This document shows, piece by piece, positions 57,647 through 64,000 of a stretch of DNA of 64,000 nt (position 1 is its first letter; each line of letters begins with the position of its first letter). A program made the position numbers and the translations under genes. The DNA lies in sequence record NC_048792.1; one strand, given 5' to 3'. The notes beneath the pieces were generated by a model, which saw nothing but the letters and a program-made list of their open reading frames with translations, searched no databases and was not told where the DNA came from.

Positions 57647-58795
57647 ATGAGTACTATCTTTGGCCACGATACCATCAAGGCTGAAGTTATCGATTTAATC
57701 AATAAGAAGAATGCTCAGTTTGGTGCAGACTTTACCGAGGACAACCTCGAAGTCACGTGGCTCAGCTACGATGCACTAGACCGTCGTCAAACGATGATGA
57801 CGAAAGATCTTTCTGGTCGATACTTTGGTTTACGTGATATCCGCTTCTTCAAACGCGATTACGATCTCCTCTTTAAAGGGATCGACGTAAAGATCCAGGT
57901 AGGTTCAGGCTACAACAACCGCGCGGTGCTCAAAGAGCTTTCTCGTGCATACGGGTTACCTCCATTCGAAGATTACGACTTTGCTCCAGGTCTACTGGAC
58001 ATGTCTATCGAAGTAGGTGACCACGAGCAATTGATCGAATGGCCATTTGCTGACTCCAGCTGGGGTTGGACAGGGACTTGTCGATTCAAGCTCCGTAACA
58101 TGAAGACCTCGCTGGAAACGCTTATTCCAGACGGTACATTGGATCGATTCCATCCAGAAGAGCTGAAAGGCGTCTTCTACGAATTGGTCAACGGTACGTT
58201 GAGTGGATTGGATTACCCAGAATACTTCGACCTTGGTAAGATCATTACGGTCACCGATCTCGAAGGTTTGGAATACCCAGACGATATCGACTTGGGTGTT
58301 ATTATCCATACCACAGATCTGGAAGGTCTGGAATATCCGCCGATGACTGATATCAGCAAGTTCCAAACTAGCGATCTCCAGGGCTTGGAATATCCTCCTG
58401 CTTACGACTTGACTAAACTCAATGTCTTTGCATTGGCCGGTCTGGATTATCCGAGCGGTACTGGCGCAGGTCAAACTTCTGCGTACAGCACGACCTACCC
58501 GCTGGACTTCTCTGATTACCAACGTGCAATCCGTACTTATCGTTTAGGCGATACGATCACGGACGTTAACTTGGTGAACGTCATTGTTAGCATGATCCAG
58601 TCTAACTGGACTAAGCTGCAGGGTGAGACTAACAAGTCTAACCTCTTTAACTCCTTCTTGAATGCGACCATCCAGAGCATTGAACAGAAACGTTCGATCC
58701 ATGGTTGGACTATTTCGGTTGGCGTTAAGTTGAGTTCTCAACGCGTACTTCGCGGCAATGCCGTGCTGCGTTACGACATCCAATCTGAATATTAA
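57647..58795 (+). CDS. tail paralog-family protein with tandem LEGLEYP repeats
   Basis: VIDLINKKN N-terminal domain followed by about six ~19-aa repeats. Confidence 0.65.
   Translation: MSTIFGHDTIKAEVIDLINKKNAQFGADFTEDNLEVTWLSYDALDRRQTMMTKDLSGRYFGLRDIRFFKRDYDLLFKGIDVKIQVGSGYNNRAVLKELSRAYGLPPFEDYDFAPGLLDMSIEVGDHEQLIEWPFADSSWGWTGTCRFKLRNMKTSLETLIPDGTLDRFHPEELKGVFYELVNGTLSGLDYPEYFDLGKIITVTDLEGLEYPDDIDLGVIIHTTDLEGLEYPPMTDISKFQTSDLQGLEYPPAYDLTKLNVFALAGLDYPSGTGAGQTSAYSTTYPLDFSDYQRAIRTYRLGDTITDVNLVNVIVSMIQSNWTKLQGETNKSNLFNSFLNATIQSIEQKRSIHGWTISVGVKLSSQRVLRGNAVLRYDIQSEY
58100..58455 (+). repeat. tandem ~57-nt peptide repeats (L..I..TDLEGLEYP)
   Basis: TLSGLDYP, DLEGLEYP twice, DLQGLEYP, ALAGLDYP, plus a degenerate TLDRFHP. 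Confidence 0.85.
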
Positions 58796-58809
58796 TGACG
58801 ATAATTAAA

Positions 58810-58831
58810 AGTAGGGGCTTCGGCCTCTACT
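58810..58831 (+). terminator. rho-independent terminator
   Basis: AGTAGGGGC-TTCG-GCCTCTACT followed by TTTTTATG. Confidence 0.8.
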
Positions 58832-58878
58832 TTTTTATGCTTACTTATTTTTTTATATTAAATCTTCCAGAGGGTCAT

Positions 58879-59523
58879 ATGGGTGATACAAAATTCAGGG
58901 TTATCGGCATCGACCCAGGGAGCCGTTGTTTCGGTTTGTCAGTAATTGAATACGACTTAATCAACATGACCGAAACGCTGGTTTACGCAACTACTTTCAA
59001 ACCAGACCCTATTCTTCATGAACGTCATCCGTACATGATCCTCGGGGAGCGCGGCGCACGTCACCGTCTTTGTGAGGACTTTGTCGTAGAGTCTCTCAAA
59101 ACGTTCAAGCCACATCTCGTCGTCTGCGAATCTGCCTTCCTTAAATTCAAAGCGGTTAATGCCTACCGTTCGCTGATCGAAGGTATTGTCACCATTCGCC
59201 GTGCCTTACAACGTTACGACGACACGATGCATTTACTTACCGTTGAACCAAGTGCTGCTAAGAAAGCGGTAGGTGCACGTAACTCGGATAGTCCGGATAA
59301 AAAGTTAATCGTTCGCTTGGCAATAGAGCGAATGAAAACCATGATCAAGAATGTTGCTATTTCTGATCTGGATGAGCACGCAGTCGATGCGGTTGCAATT
59401 GGCCACTGGGCTATGGATAAATGGCTTAGTGAAATGAAATGTATTATTGAAGGAGTGGATGCATGTTCTTCGTCTTCGAAGGAATGGATGGGGCAGGAAA
59501 AACGACTTGTCGGGATGGTGTAG
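58879..59523 (+). CDS. ruvC: RuvC-like Holliday junction resolvase
   Basis: VIGIDPGS, VVCESAF, EPSAAKKAVG and DEHAVDAVAIG catalytic motifs. GAGG SD before the ATG at 58879. Confidence 0.85.
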   Translation: MGDTKFRVIGIDPGSRCFGLSVIEYDLINMTETLVYATTFKPDPILHERHPYMILGERGARHRLCEDFVVESLKTFKPHLVVCESAFLKFKAVNAYRSLIEGIVTIRRALQRYDDTMHLLTVEPSAAKKAVGARNSDSPDKKLIVRLAIERMKTMIKNVAISDLDEHAVDAVAIGHWAMDKWLSEMKCIIEGVDACSSSSKEWMGQEKRLVGMV

Positions 59524-60113
59524 CTAAACGTCTCAGGGAAATGGGTTACGATGTAGTAGTTTGCCGTGAACCGGGAGGTACTCTCATTGGTGAGCAGATT
59601 CGAGACTTACTGCTCTTTGATGAATCTAAATACTATCAGAAACTCTCTGAATCGTCCCGTGTGCTGTTATTTAATGCTAGCCGTAGCGAACACCTGGAGC
59701 ATGTGATTAAACCTTCTGTAGAGGCTGGGAAGATCGTTCTCGTCGATCGTTGGGTTTATTCTACAATCGCTTATACGGAAAACGAATCAAATCGTTGGGC
59801 AGCTGCCAATATTCACAACGAAGTTATTGGCGATTACGAATGCGATCCAGATCATGTCTTCTTCTTGGATATCGATAAAGAGTCAGCTAAAGAACGTCTT
59901 ATGGAATGTAATGACGGTAAGTTGGACGATATCGAGAAACGTATCCTGGAAGACTTTGACACCCATCGTGAACGTTACGAATGGGCTTTCAAATGCCTTC
60001 CCGTTGACCACTCCGTATTAGATGGTACTGATACTATCGAGAATCTGCAGGATATTGTGTTAACCAAAATATTGCAGGTAATCGAAAATGAAGCTGGGCG
60101 AACTCCTCGATAG
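59463..60113 (+). CDS. tmk: thymidylate (dTMP) kinase
   Basis: FVFEGMDGAGKTT P-loop, REPGGT, LLFNASR, DRWVYSTIAY. Confidence 0.92.
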   Translation: MFFVFEGMDGAGKTTCRDGVAKRLREMGYDVVVCREPGGTLIGEQIRDLLLFDESKYYQKLSESSRVLLFNASRSEHLEHVIKPSVEAGKIVLVDRWVYSTIAYTENESNRWAAANIHNEVIGDYECDPDHVFFLDIDKESAKERLMECNDGKLDDIEKRILEDFDTHRERYEWAFKCLPVDHSVLDGTDTIENLQDIVLTKILQVIENEAGRTPR

Positions 60114-60663
60114 TAGTTATGGCTCGATCGGTATTGGTTATTTGGTTACGACGGACGGCAAGGCTCTCGATAAACTCTTGGGTAAAGCATTGAACCTCAC
60201 GGACTACCATGGTCCGATGACGGCAGATGCCCTCAAGAGAAAACTGGACACTGTCGACGAAACTATCCGCAACCAGATCCGTGACATTGAGATCAGTGAC
60301 ACGAAGATCAACAATGCGGGTGGTGTGAAGAAAGAGATACGTGACCTGACCGAACCAAGTCCTGGTGAAAGAATGGCACGTAACTGGATGGGTGTACTGA
60401 TGTGTCTGGTTATGGCGGGTTGTAACATTGCAATCACAGCCGCAACGGTTATCGTCTCTATCGCTCGGAAAGAATTCCCCAGCACCATGTTGGTCGCTAC
60501 GGTGATTATTCCTACCATGTGTATCGCTTGGTACTACATGGGCATCATCAACAAGGAACGACGAGATATCCTTTCTGCTGTATTCGGGGATAACCTGAAG
60601 AACGGTACGATTGGTGAAATAGTCAGCGTTGTACGTAACCGAAACAAAACTGATCAATCATAG
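60088..60663 (+). CDS. two-TM membrane protein (holin candidate)
   Basis: Two hydrophobic helices (WMGVLMCLVMAGCNIAITAATVIVSIA; MLVATVIIPTMCIAWYYMGII) and a charged C-terminus. Adjacent to the spanins. Confidence 0.45.
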   Translation: MKLGELLDSSYGSIGIGYLVTTDGKALDKLLGKALNLTDYHGPMTADALKRKLDTVDETIRNQIRDIEISDTKINNAGGVKKEIRDLTEPSPGERMARNWMGVLMCLVMAGCNIAITAATVIVSIARKEFPSTMLVATVIIPTMCIAWYYMGIINKERRDILSAVFGDNLKNGTIGEIVSVVRNRNKTDQS

Positions 60664-60689
60664 AGGAAAGGGGCGTTTGCCCCTTTCCT
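60664..60689. terminator. bidirectional hairpin terminator
   Basis: AGGAAAGGGGC-GTTT-GCCCCTTTCCT. Confidence 0.8.
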
Positions 60690-61297
60690 TATTTTGCATC
60701 GTGGGTTTTCTTTGCCTGATCTAAAGCTTCGCGAACGTATTGCTGATACTTCTCAAACGCTCCTTTATACTGCACCAGAGCTTCTTGAGCTGCACCTAGA
60801 TACACAGCGCATTGATCTGCTCGATAGGCTTCCCCTTTAAGAAATTGCACAGACGATTCTGGAAGTTTGGCGTAATAGGTTCCATTACTTCCGGCTGGAC
60901 TTCCGGTAACTTGACTTCCTTTACCTTTATCTCCAGCGTTTCCGTCGGCGCCTTTGGTGGCGTCAACGCGCAACCAGACATCGCCAATACTGTCAAGCTG
61001 AGTGCGCTGCTTATCAATATTCGTTTTAGCATCATTAAGGCCTTTATTGAGTTTATCGAAACCGTCATCCATTGACTTACTAAGACCATTCAGTTTATCG
61101 TCCAAACCGGCTTGAAGGCCTTTCTGCAATTCAGAGAGCATTGAGTTACGTGCATCAGTGAGTCGCTTCTCTACTTGTGCGTTGATGTATTGATTAACCT
61201 TAACTACAATGTAGGTAGAGGCAATCGCAATCAACGCAATGTAAATGTAGAGTTTATACTGGCCAAGGAATGCGGAGATCAACCCTTTAGGATTCAT
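60689..61297 (-). CDS. i-spanin (Rz-like)
   Basis: N-terminal TM, coiled coil, WLRVDA, and C-terminal EAYRADQC..L.AAQ..Y pattern typical of Rz. Confidence 0.75.
   Translation of the reverse strand: MNPKGLISAFLGQYKLYIYIALIAIASTYIVVKVNQYINAQVEKRLTDARNSMLSELQKGLQAGLDDKLNGLSKSMDDGFDKLNKGLNDAKTNIDKQRTQLDSIGDVWLRVDATKGADGNAGDKGKGSQVTGSPAGSNGTYYAKLPESSVQFLKGEAYRADQCAVYLGAAQEALVQYKGAFEKYQQYVREALDQAKKTHDAK
60796..61032 (-). CDS. o-spanin (Rz1-like lipoprotein), embedded in the i-spanin gene
   Basis: MLKRILISSALSLTVLAMSG/C lipobox, Pro-rich mature part, extra Cys residues, AAAGG SD. Alternate frame entirely within the i-spanin gene. Confidence 0.75.
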   Translation of the reverse strand: MLKRILISSALSLTVLAMSGCALTPPKAPTETLEIKVKEVKLPEVQPEVMEPITPNFQNRLCNFLKGKPIEQINALCI

Positions 61298-62544
61298 AGC
61301 ACGCTCACTCGTTTAATAAGTAAGAAACCAGCCCGAGAACGCCACGCACGTTTATAGCCATAACGCTGGTCACGGATAACCGTAGCATCGGTGACAGAAG
61401 TACTGTGGCGGATATAGTTGTAGTAGTCGTGACGAGGCACGCCGATCGCCCAGAAGCCATCACGTTCTTCTACGTTGTACTCAACCAAGAAACCACTGCC
61501 CAATTGAAGCGGTAGGTCAGGTAACTCTTGCCCAGGTGTCAAGTACATACCGGGCAATTCAGTTTCCTTAATCTTCAAGTTCTCAACCGTGATGTTATTG
61601 GTTTGGATAATGAAGAGGAATGACTGAGACAATTTCAGGAATGCTTTAATTGAATCGTCAGAGGTGAATTGACTGGTGACGAATTGATCTGGTGAGTTTG
61701 CATCTTTAGACAGAGGAATCGAACTCAAATCCAATGTACCATAAGTCGTATAGAAGATGTCAGGGAAATCCAACAACTGCGTGTTGAACTTAACGCGACG
61801 ATCGCCTACGATTGACAGAGTGCCGTTCAACAGATGCATTTGACCTGCTACAACGATACCTACCGTCTTACCGATGAGGTCTTCCGGAGTATCAATAAAG
61901 AAGCCACGGGACAGAGGTAAATCTTTACCGCCACCTCGGATCATTTCATCCGTGATGTTGTATGTCTTAATTTCGGCAATACTACTGAAGTCAAGGATAC
62001 CCACTCGGTTGTCGTTGTACTTCGCTGCTGCCGCGCCTGCCCCTAATAAGGCAATGCCGCCAGTAGGTAAAGTATCTGCCCGGAAAATCAAACCGTTAGT
62101 TGTAAACAAGGCGTTACGGACGATTCTTTCATAGTCGTCAATACCATCTTTTTTAAGCATGATATCGACACGCTGGTCGGGAAGAAGGTTTTCACTTTCA
62201 GCAAAGCTAAAGTTAATGCCAGTGGTTTTCATTTCAAAGGCATTAGCAAACATAGCTCTGACGTAGTGCTCACCTTTCATCCCCGTAGGATCATCTTCGT
62301 AGAGATTCAGTGGGGAAGTGATTTCCAACCAACGTTCTATTTCAGCCGGTGAAGTTCTTAATTGAATGGGAAGCTGGTACAAGTCCAACCAACCTGTAAT
62401 ATTTTTATCGGTGTCGAACAACTGTACCATGCAAAGGTGATACAGTTGGAAAATGTCATTCAAACGCATCCCTTTTAGGTTAACGTTCTGCCAGTCACCG
62501 TAATTCCCCTTAGGGATAGCTTGCGCGGTCACTATCTGGTACAT
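61294..62544 (-). CDS. virion structural protein (phiKZ gp139-like)
   Basis: 416 aa with LFTTNGLIF and LSQSFLFII motifs. AGGAG SD. ATGA-coupled to the spanin. Confidence 0.55.
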   Translation of the reverse strand: MYQIVTAQAIPKGNYGDWQNVNLKGMRLNDIFQLYHLCMVQLFDTDKNITGWLDLYQLPIQLRTSPAEIERWLEITSPLNLYEDDPTGMKGEHYVRAMFANAFEMKTTGINFSFAESENLLPDQRVDIMLKKDGIDDYERIVRNALFTTNGLIFRADTLPTGGIALLGAGAAAAKYNDNRVGILDFSSIAEIKTYNITDEMIRGGGKDLPLSRGFFIDTPEDLIGKTVGIVVAGQMHLLNGTLSIVGDRRVKFNTQLLDFPDIFYTTYGTLDLSSIPLSKDANSPDQFVTSQFTSDDSIKAFLKLSQSFLFIIQTNNITVENLKIKETELPGMYLTPGQELPDLPLQLGSGFLVEYNVEERDGFWAIGVPRHDYYNYIRHSTSVTDATVIRDQRYGYKRAWRSRAGFLLIKRVSVL

Positions 62545-62610
62545 ACTTTCTCCTGTTTAGGCGACGCATTTGTATGTTACCCATCGGCCGATGGATGAAC
62601 TGAGGCTAAT

Positions 62611-64000
62611 ATGAACAATACTAAGTATCAGTACGACTTTGATCCATACGGGACAAATCCCGAGAACAAGATCGTATCAGAACCACATACCATTACTGCC
62701 GTTAATGGTACAGATTTTAACTTTGTCGTCCCACGCTTTGCTCCTTTTTTCCGAAGAGACATCGTTGTTCGTAACTCCTCTACCGGTGCAAGATTGCGTC
62801 CTAACGTAGACTACTATTTCGGTTTCCGTTTCGACCAGATCCTGGTAAGTGGCAGTATGCAACCAGTCTATGGTGCGATCGTATTTAACGACCGTACTTT
62901 GTCGGGTAATATCGAGATCGATTACCAGACTCTCGGTGGTGAATTCGTTCTGAGTGAGTCTCAAGTTCTTGAGATCCTCGCTAACAAACAGATCGACCCG
63001 CGCACGGTCACTTGGGGGTCTATCGTAGACTTGCCAACTGAGTTCCCGCCGATCCCTCACCGTGTTAACGCTGAAGACATGGTAGGGATGTCAGAGGTTG
63101 TTGCTTCTAACTACAACATTGCTGATGCTATCCGTGAAGGTAACGTCAAAGCGATGGAAGCGTTGATGGAGCACATCCAGGACCACAACAACCCGCACCA
63201 CATTACCCTGGCAGATCTGGGTATTGACCAGCTGGGTAACTTGGTACCTGCATCTAAAGAGCAAGCGGAAGGTGGTACGGATAATACCTACTACATGACC
63301 GCTCTCCGTACGAAGCAATTTACTAACGCGAACGTTATCCCGGTTATCGATGCCCACAAAGCAGACGACAGTAACCCGCATAACGTAACTGCGGCTCAAG
63401 TTGGTTTGGGTCTGGTTAACAACTGGCGTGCTGCCAACCAAAACGAAGCAGCTGCTGGCGTAGCCGATAACCTTTACATGGTACCGAGTACAACCACTAC
63501 GTTGGTACAGACTCTGGTTCCAGTTCTGATGCGTTCGCACACCGATCGCCAGGACAACCCGCACAATGTTACTGCAACCCAGGTAGGTTTGGGTAACGTA
63601 CCTAACTTCCCAATGGCCACGGAAGAGCAAGCAATTGGTGGTGTGAACCGAAATACGTTCATGTCTCCGTACTTGGTCAACCTGGCGCTGAAGAACGGCT
63701 CCGAACAACCGCTGATCGAACACATCAACAACCACAACAACCCTCACGAAGTTACAGCTGCTCAAGTAGGCCTGGACTTGGTGAACAACTACGCAATGGC
63801 TAACGCATCTGATGCAAACGCCATGACTCGTTCTGACCTGTATCTGTCTCCTCAGAACCTGGGTAGTTGGTGGAGTGCTGTTGCTCGTGTATATATCGAC
63901 CAGCAGATTGCCAATGGTCTGAACATGACCAAAGACGACGTGGGTCTGGGTCTGGTAGTTAACGCCGGTTTCGCAACCGACGCCGAAGCTATCGATCCGA
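62611..64000 (+). CDS. tail fibre protein, truncated by the window edge (phiKZ gp145/146-like)
   Basis: Not in the ORF track. Starts MNNTKYQYDFDPYGTNPENKI with a GAGG SD, and stays open to the window end with repeated H..D..NPH.VTA.QVGLG.V.N units. Confidence 0.8.
   Translation, partial: MNNTKYQYDFDPYGTNPENKIVSEPHTITAVNGTDFNFVVPRFAPFFRRDIVVRNSSTGARLRPNVDYYFGFRFDQILVSGSMQPVYGAIVFNDRTLSGNIEIDYQTLGGEFVLSESQVLEILANKQIDPRTVTWGSIVDLPTEFPPIPHRVNAEDMVGMSEVVASNYNIADAIREGNVKAMEALMEHIQDHNNPHHITLADLGIDQLGNLVPASKEQAEGGTDNTYYMTALRTKQFTNANVIPVIDAHKADDSNPHNVTAAQVGLGLVNNWRAANQNEAAAGVADNLYMVPSTTTTLVQTLVPVLMRSHTDRQDNPHNVTATQVGLGNVPNFPMATEEQAIGGVNRNTFMSPYLVNLALKNGSEQPLIEHINNHNNPHEVTAAQVGLDLVNNYAMANASDANAMTRSDLYLSPQNLGSWWSAVARVYIDQQIANGLNMTKDDVGLGLVVNAGFATDAEAIDP

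Noticed and set aside
1-64000. Genome-wide alternative genetic code (TGA or TAG reassigned)
   Set aside because: Several genes end in TGA with ATGA coupling to the next gene, Trp is encoded by TGG, and ORFs are full length under code 11. Any read-through must be site-specific.
1-64000. CRISPR array, tRNA or rRNA genes, introns or inteins in the RNAP, helicase and portal genes
   Set aside because: No repeat-spacer periodicity or cloverleaf was seen, and those ORFs are continuous and of expected size. Not checked with tRNAscan or Infernal.

Overview
This window is the core structural and replication region of a phiKZ-like jumbo phage (Chimalliviridae-type), about 48% GC by eye, with codon usage typical of enterobacterial phages. 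It encodes a virion RNAP beta' C-terminal subunit, a non-virion RNAP beta N-terminal subunit, the exonuclease half of a split family-B DNA polymerase, a DnaB-like helicase, the major capsid protein, portal, baseplate wedge and hub proteins, and a tandem array of protease-processed inner-head proteins. It also has RuvC, dTMP kinase, an i-spanin with an embedded o-spanin, a free-standing GIY-YIG endonuclease, two GNATs and a tail fibre cut off by the window edge. I found no tRNA, rRNA or CRISPR array. Two probable recoding events stand out. (1) In-frame read-through of the capsid UGA stop would add TLGEAFENPLSGFDPA, a copy of an L-x-G-[LF]-x-[YD]-P motif that recurs about 15 times in baseplate and tail proteins, suggesting a peptide-docking system. 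(2) A -1 frameshift at T_TTT_TTT would fuse a CxxC tail/baseplate chaperone-like gene to its downstream ORF, as in lambda G/GT and P2 E/E'. phiKZ and SPN3US homolog assignments come from recalled motifs and synteny, not from database searches.
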